DNA from: Ktedonobacterales bacterium
GTDB lineage: Bacteria; Chloroflexota; Ktedonobacteria; Ktedonobacterales; JADMIN01
Length of the DNA: 32,000 nucleotides
Reading direction: 5' to 3'
Assembly: GCA_030167145.1 (NCBI GenBank)
Contig: CP126532.1
Coordinates: 2,940,001 to 2,972,000, forward strand
Shown: positions 15,557 to 23,858 of the stretch, one piece after another
Layout of the letters: every line of letters starts with the position of its first letter
How positions within the stretch are numbered: position 1 is the stretch's first letter
The notes under the pieces: generated by a model
What the model was told of the DNA's origin: nothing
Seen by the model: the letters and a program-made list of their open reading frames with translations, nothing else
Databases searched by the model: none
Translations under genes and position numbers: made by a program

Positions 15557-16915
15557 GTGTCTACTACGTCATTCAGCGAGGATGGCTATCGGCGTGAACT
15601 GGGCGGCTCGCTCGTGCTGCGCTGGTCTACCGAACGCGATATGGAGGGCGTGGCCAATCTCTACGCCCAGGTCTTCCGGCGCGCCGCCGATGCGCCCCCG
15701 AACCCGCACATGCCTATCTGGGTTGGCGATATGTTCAGCGGACGCCATCCGCATATCACCGCGCGCGACTTCGCTGTGGTCGAAGATACACGCGAGGGCA
15801 AGCTCGTCGCGGCAACCTGCCTGCTAGGCTACACCTGCGCCTACGACGGCGTCCCCTTCGGCTTCGGGCGGCCAGAGGTCGTCGCGAGCCTGCCAGAATA
15901 CCGCAACCAGGGCCTCATCCGCGCCATCTTCGAGCTGATTCACGCGCGCTGCGAGGCACGCGGTGATCTGGCCATCGGCATCACTGGCATCCCGTACTAC
16001 TATCGCCAATTCGGCTATGAATACGCCGTCGAGATCGGCGGCGAACTGACGGTGTATTTCCCCGCGATCCCCGCGCTCAAGCCCGATGAGCCTGAGCCGT
16101 TCACTCTGCGCGACGCCACCCTCGACGACGTGCCGCAGCTACGGCGGCTCTACGACGCCGAACACGCCAATTCGATGGTGACGACCATCGTGGATGAGAC
16201 CTACTGGCGCTGGCTGCTGGCGGGCATGCACCCCGAAGCGTGGGAGCGCTGGGTGGTGCGGATGATCGTCAATAGCGACGGGCGCACGGTGGGCTATCTG
16301 ATACAAAATCCGGTGCGCTGGGGCGTCGCGTTCTCGGTGGACGGGCTGGCCGTAGAGCCGGGTGTCTCGCTGGCGGCGGCGCTGCCCTCGGTGCTGCGCG
16401 GATTGCAGGCGCGAGCCGAAACAGTGCGCCGCGCGCGGCCCGATACGCCCGAAACGGCGGGCGCAATCGTCTTCCGCATGGGCGCGCAGCATCCCGTGCA
16501 TGCGGCGCTCGGCGCTATCGCATCCGTCGCGGATCCGTATCCGTATCCCTGGTACATGCGCGTACCCGACCTGCCCGCGTTCATCCGTCACATCGCGCCC
16601 GTGCTGGAGCGGCGGCTGGCAGACTCGGTGATGGCGGGCTATACCGGCGAACTCGCGATGGACTTCTATCGCGGCGGATTGCGGCTGGTGTTTGAGCAGG
16701 GGCGGCTGACGCTGGCGGAGGACTGGCGCAAGCCGCTCTGGGGCGACCCAAAGGTGGGCTTCCCGCCACTGGTCTTCACGCAACTCCTTTTCGGCCATCG
16801 CAGCCTCGACGAACTGCGCTTCGCCTATCCGGATGCCTATGCCGAGGGCGACGCGCTGCCGCTGCTCGAAGCGCTCTTCCCCAAGCGCCGCTCGCATCTG
16901 CTGCCACTGGATTAG
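15557..16915 (+). CDS. GNAT family N-acetyltransferase, large Eis-like architecture
   Basis: GTG start sits 6 nt after AAGGAG. The acetyl-CoA loop is EYRNQGLIRAIFELIHARCE. At 452 aa it has an extra C-terminal region, as in Eis-type (GNAT plus SCP2-like) enzymes. The architecture call is inference. Confidence 0.65.
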   Translation: MSTTSFSEDGYRRELGGSLVLRWSTERDMEGVANLYAQVFRRAADAPPNPHMPIWVGDMFSGRHPHITARDFAVVEDTREGKLVAATCLLGYTCAYDGVPFGFGRPEVVASLPEYRNQGLIRAIFELIHARCEARGDLAIGITGIPYYYRQFGYEYAVEIGGELTVYFPAIPALKPDEPEPFTLRDATLDDVPQLRRLYDAEHANSMVTTIVDETYWRWLLAGMHPEAWERWVVRMIVNSDGRTVGYLIQNPVRWGVAFSVDGLAVEPGVSLAAALPSVLRGLQARAETVRRARPDTPETAGAIVFRMGAQHPVHAALGAIASVADPYPYPWYMRVPDLPAFIRHIAPVLERRLADSVMAGYTGELAMDFYRGGLRLVFEQGRLTLAEDWRKPLWGDPKVGFPPLVFTQLLFGHRSLDELRFAYPDAYAEGDALPLLEALFPKRRSHLLPLD

Positions 16916-16954
16916 CGCGGCGGCATCGCATTCGTACACCGCTTCACACGATGA

Positions 16955-16991
16955 ATGGTGAACGCACGGAACCTCTTTGTGCGTTCACCAT
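16955..16991. terminator. 13-bp perfect hairpin between convergent GNAT and amt genes
   Basis: ATGGTGAACGCAC (16955-16967), an 11-nt loop, then GTGCGTTCACCAT (16979-16991). There is no U-run on either strand, so terminator function is only a candidate. It is followed by a tandem ATATCTCTGC x2 (16990-17009). Confidence 0.45.
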
Positions 16992-17062
16992 ATCTCTGCA
17001 TATCTCTGCGCAATCTTGTCCTACACCCTGCGTTCTCAATCCCACAAAATGACGACGCAGCG

Positions 17063-18319
17063 TTAGCGGCGCGCGGGCGGGGTTGATGCGGTGGCGACGG
17101 ACGGTGTGTCGTAGGCCACCTCGCCGTGCAGCAGTTCGTCCAGACCCTGCGCCTCGACCTCTTTGGAGACACGCACCGGAGTAAAGAGGTTGACCAGCTT
17201 CAGCAGGCCGAACGTGACAACGAAGGCATAGACCGCCGCGATAGCGACACCCAGCACCTGCACGCCGAACTGGCGCGCATCGCCAGCCAGCAGGCCGCTG
17301 ACGCCGTTGATAGCTGCGACCGCGAACACGCCGGTGAGGATCGTGCCCAGGCCGCCGCCGATGCCATGCACGCCCCACACATCCAGCGCATCGTCCCAGC
17401 CCTGCCGCGTGCGGAACTGGACCGCCGCATAACAGGCCACGCCCGCCAGAAAGCCGATGACGACAGCAGCCCACGGCGGCACATAGCCCGCCGCTGGGGT
17501 GATGGTGGCCAGCCCCGCGACTGCGCCGGTCAGGGCGCCGCTCATACTTGGCTTCTGCTCGCGCCACCAGGCCAGCGCCATCCACGTGACCATGCCGACA
17601 GCAGCGGCGGTGTTCGTGTTGACGAAGGCGACGGCGGCGACACCATTGGCGGCCAGTTCGCTACCGCCGTTGAAGCCGAACCAGCCGAACCAGAGCAGGC
17701 CCGCGCCCAGCGCCATGAAGGGCAGGTTGTGCGGAATGACCTTCTCGCCGCGTGCGAGAGAGCGTTTGCCGACGACGAAGACCGAGGCCAGCGCCGCCAT
17801 ACCTGCGCTCAGATGCACCACGATCCCGCCAGCGAAATCTACCACGCCCATCTGATGCAGGAAGCCACCGCCCCAAACCCAGTGGACAAAGGGAATGTAG
17901 ACCAGCAGGCTCCACAGGACGAGGAAGAGCAGATACGCCTTGAAGCTGACACGGTCGGCGAAGGCGCCAGAGATTAGGGCCGGAGTGATGATAGCGAACA
18001 TCAACTGGAAGAGGAAGAAGGCTAGGAACGGGATAGTCGGTGCGAGGGCATTGGGGGCCATGCCGACGCCCTGCAAGCCGATATAGCGCAGATCGCCGAT
18101 GAGACCCAGGGTGTCATGCCCATAGGCCAGGCTGAATCCCACGAGCACCCAGAGAATCGTCACTACCCCCATCGAGATGAAGCTCTGCATCATGATCGTC
18201 AGCACATGCTTGTGCCGGACCAGTCCGCCGTAGAAGAAGGCCAGGCCCGGCGTCATGAGCATGACGAGCGCCGCGCTCATCAGCACAAACGTTGTGTCCG
18301 CGGCATTGAGGTGTCCCAC
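17063..18319 (-). CDS. amt: ammonium transporter (Amt family)
   Basis: LNAADTTFVLMSAALVMLMTPGLAFFYGG, FAIITPALISGAFADR, VDFAGGIVVHLSAGMAAL and LDVWGVHGIGG are Amt signatures. Start placed at GTG 18319, preceded by GGGGAG. The 18451 start in the ORF track adds 44 non-homologous residues. Confidence 0.9.
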   Translation of the reverse strand: MGHLNAADTTFVLMSAALVMLMTPGLAFFYGGLVRHKHVLTIMMQSFISMGVVTILWVLVGFSLAYGHDTLGLIGDLRYIGLQGVGMAPNALAPTIPFLAFFLFQLMFAIITPALISGAFADRVSFKAYLLFLVLWSLLVYIPFVHWVWGGGFLHQMGVVDFAGGIVVHLSAGMAALASVFVVGKRSLARGEKVIPHNLPFMALGAGLLWFGWFGFNGGSELAANGVAAVAFVNTNTAAAVGMVTWMALAWWREQKPSMSGALTGAVAGLATITPAAGYVPPWAAVVIGFLAGVACYAAVQFRTRQGWDDALDVWGVHGIGGGLGTILTGVFAVAAINGVSGLLAGDARQFGVQVLGVAIAAVYAFVVTFGLLKLVNLFTPVRVSKEVEAQGLDELLHGEVAYDTPSVATASTPPARR

Positions 18320-18379
18320 GTGTGTTCTCCCCTTTGAGACAGAATTGAGACAGAGTGGAGCGGCCAATAAAGCCAAGTG

Positions 18380-18408
18380 AACGTAACATGAATACGCCCC
18401 CTTGTCAA
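18380..18408 (-). promoter_or_regulatory. candidate amt promoter
   Basis: Minus strand reads TTGACA (18408-18403), 17 nt, TACGTT (18385-18380). The -10 is weak. Confidence 0.35.
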
Positions 18409-18538
18409 GCATCGCGAAGAATGCAAGTGATGGGGAGTCATGGGGAGTCATGAGGAAAGGAATAGCGGCCGGAATTGACGAATTCCGGCCGCTGAAGCAA
18501 ACAAAGCAGTTGCACCCTCATCCTGGCATGCCACAGCC

Positions 18539-19180
18539 TCAGCCGATGCCCGTCACGCTGCTGACCAGCGACAGCGCCAACAACGCGCTCATCACCACAC
18601 CCGCCACCAGCGCCCGGCCTTGCGCGCCACGCGCAACGAGCGACCCACGCCCCGCTCGCGAGAGCGCCGAGGCGAAATAGAAGGCCGCCCCGCCCACCAC
18701 CAGCAGCGCTTCAAGCGCAATACTAATCGCTGGTTCGCTCCACAGGCCAAAGCCGAGCAGCGGCAGATTGCCCAGATTCCCCGGCAGGATCGGCAGGTCG
18801 GGCCGATGCACCAGCAGATCGAGCAGCCAGTGGCTGAACACCGTGGCGGCAACGATCAGCGCGCCAACCCGGCCCCACGGCTTCCAGGCGAGCGCACCCG
18901 CGGCAGCCGCGATCAGCAGCGCCCCGACGAGCGAGTGTGAGTAGTACGCGTGAATCCACCCCTCGCCATAGCCCGCGCTGCCTCCAAATGACTCAACTCC
19001 CGGAATCAACAACAGCGCAAACACCACATCCAGCAACTGCGTGCTCAGCATCAGCGCCCACAAGGGAACGTCGCGGCGCGTCGTCGCTGACAGCGCGTCT
19101 CCCTGTGCATCGCGCTTCGACACCAGACGCGAATCCAGCGCCTTGATGCCCGCCGCGAGTCCAAAGTGTCCAGCAAACAT
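18539..19180 (-). CDS. polytopic membrane protein (possibly YdjM/DUF457-like metal-dependent hydrolase family)
   Basis: MFAGHFGLAAGIKAL... has about 6 hydrophobic segments and conserved His residues (HAYYSHS, FSHWLLDLLVH). The family assignment comes from memory of similar N-termini and carries low functional confidence. Confidence 0.6.
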   Translation of the reverse strand: MFAGHFGLAAGIKALDSRLVSKRDAQGDALSATTRRDVPLWALMLSTQLLDVVFALLLIPGVESFGGSAGYGEGWIHAYYSHSLVGALLIAAAAGALAWKPWGRVGALIVAATVFSHWLLDLLVHRPDLPILPGNLGNLPLLGFGLWSEPAISIALEALLVVGGAAFYFASALSRAGRGSLVARGAQGRALVAGVVMSALLALSLVSSVTGIG

Positions 19181-19276
19181 CTACTGCGCTCCTTTCGCTG
19201 TCCGCTCTCCATTGATTCGGCCATCCAGCCAGCCGCAGACCACAACAAATAGCAACAGAAACGCCAGAAAGCTCAT
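19181..19276 (-). CDS. 31-aa hydrophobic micro-ORF abutting the membrane protein gene
   Basis: My translation is MSFLAFLLLFVVVCGWLDGRINGERTAKGAQ. GAGGAGGAG lies 5 nt upstream of ATG 19276. Its stop TAG (19183-19181) is immediately followed by the ATG of the next gene. It is too short for the ORF track. Confidence 0.4.
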   Translation of the reverse strand: MSFLAFLLLFVVVCGWLDGRINGERTAKGAQ

Positions 19277-19331
19277 CGCACTCCTCCTCTTCATCACATG
19301 GCATACGTCACCGCAAACACTAACAATAATA

Positions 19332-19361
19332 GTATTACAGCTAAATATATTAGTTTGTCAA
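19332..19361 (-). promoter_or_regulatory. candidate promoter for micro-ORF / membrane protein operon
   Basis: Minus strand reads TTGACA (19361-19356), 18 nt, TAATAC (19337-19332), inside an AT-rich patch. Confidence 0.4.
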
Positions 19362-19421
19362 GGGCAGTAGTGGCATGTCCGTTCATGAACCATCATGGTG
19401 GACACGCGATGCGCCTCGCCC

Positions 19422-19451
19422 TTGACACATGCGTTTCCGCAGTGGTATCTT
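19422..19451 (+). promoter_or_regulatory. candidate promoter of the ArsR-rhodanese operon (extended -10)
   Basis: TTGACA (19422-19427), 18 nt, TATCTT (19446-19451), with TGg immediately upstream of the -10. The AT-rich imperfect dyad ATTCTATTGATTTATTGAAT (19465-19484) just downstream is a plausible operator. Confidence 0.5.
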
Positions 19452-19556
19452 CTGCTACACAACTATTCTATTGATTTATTGAATATTTGAGAGTGGCATA
19501 GGTAACCGCGCACAGCACGTGATCAGGCTTGTTGGCTCGGCCATGAGGGAGGCGCT

Positions 19557-20240
19557 ATGGGACATCGTGAGTTCAAAGATCAGTTGTACGCGCAGTTTGC
19601 CCGCATCGGCAAGGCGCTTGCCAGCCCCCAACGGCTGGAGCTTGTGGATCTGCTCGCCCAGGGCGAGCGGTCAGTGGAAGAGCTGGCCCGCGAGGTCGGT
19701 CTGAGCACAGCCAACGCCTCACAACATCTCCACGTCCTGCATGGCGCACGGCTGGTGGAGTCACGCAAAGCGGGTCTCTACGTCTACTATCGCCTGGCCG
19801 ACCCGGCCATTTTCGCGCTCTGGCAGGCGCTGCGCACCGTCGGCGAGCGGCAACTCGCCGAGATAGACAGGCTTGTCGGCATATATCTGCACAATCGCCA
19901 GGCGCTCGAACCTATCTCGCGCGATGCCTTGCTGGCGCGCCTCACCGCTGGCGACACAATCGTGCTCGACGTACGCCCCGCGCTCGAATACCGGCAGGGC
20001 CACATCGCTGGCGCGCGCTCCATCCCAGTGGACGAGCTTGCCGCGCGCCTGGGCGAACTGGACGTGCAGCGCGAGGTTGTCGCCTACTGCCGTGGCCCCT
20101 ACTGTGTCTTCTCCGACGAAGCCGTAGCGCTGCTGCGCGCCCACGGCCTTCGGGCATTCCGCTACGCGGAGGGCTTCCCAGAGTGGGCGGATGCTGGTCT
20201 GCCGCTGGCCACAGAAGAATCCGCGTCCGCCACCAGGTAG
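19557..20240 (+). CDS. ArsR/SmtB-family transcriptional regulator fused to a C-terminal rhodanese domain
   Basis: The wHTH is ASPQRLELVDLLAQGERSVEELAREVGLSTANASQHLHVLHGARLVESRKAGLYVYYRL. The rhodanese part is IVLDVRPALEYRQGHIAGARSIP...VVAYCRGPYCVFS. SD GAGGGAGG is present. Confidence 0.85.
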   Translation: MGHREFKDQLYAQFARIGKALASPQRLELVDLLAQGERSVEELAREVGLSTANASQHLHVLHGARLVESRKAGLYVYYRLADPAIFALWQALRTVGERQLAEIDRLVGIYLHNRQALEPISRDALLARLTAGDTIVLDVRPALEYRQGHIAGARSIPVDELAARLGELDVQREVVAYCRGPYCVFSDEAVALLRAHGLRAFRYAEGFPEWADAGLPLATEESASATR

Positions 20241-20307
20241 AGCGAGGCGCCGGTAGGTCGTGTCAACCGCGATACCTCTATCAGGAACCGAAAGGAGCAG
20301 AGTCCCC

Positions 20308-21123
20308 ATGATTTTTCGCCAGATCTTGCACCCCGCCACTGGATGCGCTTCATATGTCTTCGGCTGCACTGGCAAGAAGGCGCTCGCCGTCGTGGATGCG
20401 CATGCCGAGCACCTCGACGACTACCTCGTGGTGGCCGAAGCGGCTGCCTCACCCATTGTCGCTATCGTCGAGACGCATGTGCAAGCCGACCATCTCTCCG
20501 GCGCAACCGCGCTCGCGGAACGCACCGGCGCGCCGATCTATCTGCACGAGGCCGCCGATGTCGCCTTCCCTCACCGCACCCTGCGCGACGGCGACCAGGT
20601 GGAGCTTGGCAACGATTACCTGCGCGTGTTGCACACCCCCGGCCACAGCCCGGACAGTATGTGTCTGCTGGTGGGGGATCGCACGCGCGGCCCCGAACCG
20701 TGGTTCCTGCTCACCGGCGACACCCTCTTTGTCGGCGACGCGGGCCGCCCCGACCTGACCGCCAGCCCGGCTGATGCGACTGGCGCGACCGATGCCGCGC
20801 GCACGCTGTACCGCAGCCTACAACGTCTGTCTACACTTCCTGACGATCTCGAAATCTATCCCGCGCATTTCGCCGGTTCTGCTTGCGGCCGTGCGATGAG
20901 CGGCAAAGCGAGTTCGACGCTCGGCTTTGAGCGTCGCTTCAATCCTGCGCTGCGGCAGCGCGACGCCGACGAGTTCGTCGCGTTCATGCTGGCCGATCTG
21001 CCTGCCCCACCCGCAGGCCACCGCGAGATCCGCGCGGCGAACCGGCGCGGCGAGCCGCTCGGCAGCCTCGCTCCCCTCCCAGACACACGCACCGCCGCAG
21101 TAGGCGCACTGGAGCACGAGTAG
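20308..21123 (+). CDS. MBL-fold metallo-hydrolase, persulfide dioxygenase-like (CstB/Blh-type by motifs)
   Basis: Start at ATG 20308, preceded by AAAGGAG. Motifs are ETHVQADHLSG, HTPGHSPDS, GDTLFVGDAGRPDL and YPAHFAGSACG. The last three match my memory of PDO-type MBL proteins. Confidence 0.75.
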   Translation: MIFRQILHPATGCASYVFGCTGKKALAVVDAHAEHLDDYLVVAEAAASPIVAIVETHVQADHLSGATALAERTGAPIYLHEAADVAFPHRTLRDGDQVELGNDYLRVLHTPGHSPDSMCLLVGDRTRGPEPWFLLTGDTLFVGDAGRPDLTASPADATGATDAARTLYRSLQRLSTLPDDLEIYPAHFAGSACGRAMSGKASSTLGFERRFNPALRQRDADEFVAFMLADLPAPPAGHREIRAANRRGEPLGSLAPLPDTRTAAVGALEHE

Positions 21124-21133
21124 GCAGAAGGCA

Positions 21134-22462
21134 ATGATACCGCCGCGTACAACGCCTGAGCCAGGCAGCCCCAGCGCCTCTGCGCCATCTAGCCTTAGTT
21201 CAACCCAGTCCCTGCCGCCGCTGCTGGGGCTGCGCGCCAACCTGAGCCAGTTCTTGCTGCTGGTGCTGATCAACGCCTTCGTCGGCGCGATGGTCGGGCT
21301 GGAGCGCGATGTCGTGCCGCTGATGGGCGCAGAGGTCTTCGGCCTGGCCTCGGCCACGGCGGGGCTGTCCTTCATTGCCAGCTTTGGCATCGTCAAGGCG
21401 CTCGCCAACCTGAGCGCCGGGCATCTCTCCGATCGCATTGGCCGCAAAGGGGTGCTGGTTGCGGGGTGGGTAGCCGCACTGCCGGTGCCGGTGCTGCTCA
21501 TCGTCGCGCCGTCCTGGGGTTGGGTCGTCGCCGCTAATGTGCTGCTCGGCATCAATCAGGGCCTCTGCTGGTCCACCACCGTCATCATGAAGATTGATCT
21601 GGTCGGTCCGGCGCGTCGCGGGCTGGCGATGGGTCTGAACGAAGCGGCGGGATACGGGGCCGTGGCGCTCGCCGCGGCAGGGTCGGGTTACCTCGCGGCG
21701 GTGTATGGCCTGCGTCCGTGGCCATTTGTGCCCGGCATTGCCTTTGCCCTCGCGGGGTTGCTGCTCTCCGTCTTCTTCGTGCGCGAATCGCACGGCTTCG
21801 CCCGGCACGAGGCGAAGTTCTTCACCCCCGCACCTACCACGGCGAGCCTGGCGCGCGAGGAGACAGCTCCATCTCCATCCTTCACCGAGATCATGCTGCG
21901 GACCAGTTGGCGCAATCGCTCGCTCTCAGCCGTCTGCCAGGCGGGGCTTGTCAATAATCTCAACGATGGGCTTGCCTGGGGCCTCTTCCCCATCTTCTTC
22001 GCCGCCGGAGGTCTTGGCGTCGCGCAGATTGCGCTCCTCGCTGGCCTCTATCCTGGCGTCTGGGGAGCGGCGCAACTCGCGACCGGCGCACTCTCCGACC
22101 GGCTGGGTCGCAAGCCGCTGATCATCGGTGGCATGTGGCTCCAGGCCGGGGCGTTGGTCCTGCTGCCGCTCACACACGGCTTCGCCCCGTGGGCCATCGC
22201 GATGGTCTTGCTGGGGCTGGGCACGGCCCTGGTGTATCCGACGTTCCTCGCCGCCGTCTCGGACGTGGCGCATCCCTCGTGGCGCGCCTCGGCGGTCGGC
22301 GTCTACCGCCTCTGGCGCGACCTTGGCTATGCGGTCGGCGCGCTGCTGGCGGGGGTGCTCGCCGACCACTTCGGCGTGCCGTGGGCCATCGCGGGCATCG
22401 CCGCGCTCACCTTTGCCTCCGGCATTGTCGTCCTCACCCGCATGCGCGAAACGCGCCGGTAG
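21134..22462 (+). CDS. MFS transporter
   Basis: About 12 hydrophobic segments. The MFS loop motif is GHLSDRIGRKGVL, with a second-half repeat at GALSDRLGRKPLI. It begins 10 nt after the MBL gene stop. Confidence 0.85.
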   Translation: MIPPRTTPEPGSPSASAPSSLSSTQSLPPLLGLRANLSQFLLLVLINAFVGAMVGLERDVVPLMGAEVFGLASATAGLSFIASFGIVKALANLSAGHLSDRIGRKGVLVAGWVAALPVPVLLIVAPSWGWVVAANVLLGINQGLCWSTTVIMKIDLVGPARRGLAMGLNEAAGYGAVALAAAGSGYLAAVYGLRPWPFVPGIAFALAGLLLSVFFVRESHGFARHEAKFFTPAPTTASLAREETAPSPSFTEIMLRTSWRNRSLSAVCQAGLVNNLNDGLAWGLFPIFFAAGGLGVAQIALLAGLYPGVWGAAQLATGALSDRLGRKPLIIGGMWLQAGALVLLPLTHGFAPWAIAMVLLGLGTALVYPTFLAAVSDVAHPSWRASAVGVYRLWRDLGYAVGALLAGVLADHFGVPWAIAGIAALTFASGIVVLTRMRETRR

Positions 22463-22572
22463 ATGCAAATAGAGCAGACTGCCAGCGGCGACGGCTCGGC
22501 CTCATCCTCCTCACACCGCGCTTTTGCCTGCGTCGTCACACCATGATGCGCCTCCCACCCCCTCGCTGCAGC

Positions 22573-23814
22573 TCACCCCCACGCCACCGGCAGCCGCGCC
22601 AGCCCCCGAAATCCCACCGTGTCGCGCCACACCGGCTCCGCGTCCAACGCCCTCAGCCCCGGCAAACGCCGCAGCAGCAGCGGCAGCGCCACCTGTCCTT
22701 CCAGCCGCGCCAGTGGCGCGCCCAGGCAGTAGTGCATCCCCATGCCGAACGCCAGGTGCCGGTTCTCACCGCGCGTGATGTCCAGCCGGTCTGGCTCCGC
22801 AAACGCTTCTGGGTCGCGATTGCCCGACCCCAGCAGCAGATTCAACACCTGCCCGCGCTGGATCGTCTTCCCGCCGAGCATCATGTCTTCCGTCACATAG
22901 CGCGAGGCCATCTGGCTTGGCGCATCGTAACGCAGGAATTCTTCCACCGCTCCCGCCGCCAACTCTGGTCGCTCGCGCAGCAATGCAAGCTGTTCGGGAT
23001 GCCGTAGCAGCGCCAGCGTGCCATTGCCGATCAGATTCACCGTCGTCTCGTGCCCCGCCACTAGCAGCGTCGTCGCCGTCACGATCAACTCCGGCTCGCT
23101 CAGTCGGTCGCCGTCCTGCTCGTGCGTCGCCTGCATCAGCGCCAGCAGCCCGTTACCCGCTTGTCCGCGCCGCGCCGCCAGCAACTCATTGAAATACGCA
23201 TAGATCTCCAGCGCCACCCGCGCCGCCTCGTCGTAGATCTCTGGCGTGCGTTTGCAATCCACCGCGCGCACCAGCACCCCCGCCCACGCGCTCAGCCGCC
23301 GCTGCGCCTCCTCCGGCACGCCCAGCATCTCCGCGATGATCGCGATGGTCAGTGGCCGCGCGTAGTCCGCAATCACGTCCAGCGACCCACGCGCCGCCGC
23401 TGCATCCACCAGCGTATTCGCCACCGCTGCCACCCGTGGCCGCAGCGCCTCCACCATGCGCGGCGTGAACGCCCGGCTCACCAGTGCCCGCAGCCGCGTA
23501 TGCTCCGGCGGATCGTTGAAGAGCAGCGACTGCCGCACCAGCGTGAAATACAGTTGCACCGGGTCCGCCCCCGCTAGCGCTTCCCCAGCAGCGGAATCCT
23601 CGCGCGGCGGCTGATGCGTGTAGCGCGCATCCTTCAGCACCGCGACGATATCCGCGTACCGCGCTACATGCCACACCCCTGGCAGCGACGGCTCGAATGG
23701 CATGCCCCAATGCACCGGGTCATCGTCGCGCAGCCGCCGGTAGAACGCATACGGATCCTCCCGAAACGCTGGCTGAAAATAGTCGAAGCCATCGCCCGCG
23801 CCGCCACTGGCCAT
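22573..23814 (-). CDS. cytochrome P450
   Basis: The heme loop is FGMGMHYCLGAPLA, with EFLRY (ExxR) and the I-helix LLVAGHETT. Start at ATG 23814 (MASGGAGDGFDYFQPAFREDPYAFY), preceded by GAGGAG. Confidence 0.9.
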   Translation of the reverse strand: MASGGAGDGFDYFQPAFREDPYAFYRRLRDDDPVHWGMPFEPSLPGVWHVARYADIVAVLKDARYTHQPPREDSAAGEALAGADPVQLYFTLVRQSLLFNDPPEHTRLRALVSRAFTPRMVEALRPRVAAVANTLVDAAAARGSLDVIADYARPLTIAIIAEMLGVPEEAQRRLSAWAGVLVRAVDCKRTPEIYDEAARVALEIYAYFNELLAARRGQAGNGLLALMQATHEQDGDRLSEPELIVTATTLLVAGHETTVNLIGNGTLALLRHPEQLALLRERPELAAGAVEEFLRYDAPSQMASRYVTEDMMLGGKTIQRGQVLNLLLGSGNRDPEAFAEPDRLDITRGENRHLAFGMGMHYCLGAPLARLEGQVALPLLLRRLPGLRALDAEPVWRDTVGFRGLARLPVAWG

Positions 23815-23858
23815 ATCCCGCTCCTCTGCCGTCCCACCGTGAATCAAGCGTAATCCCC

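Noticed and set aside
18320-18451. 5-prime extension of amt to 18451.
   Set aside because: The extra 44 residues have no Amt homology. GTG 18319 is preceded by GGGGAG at proper spacing, and the conserved Amt N-terminus begins right after it.
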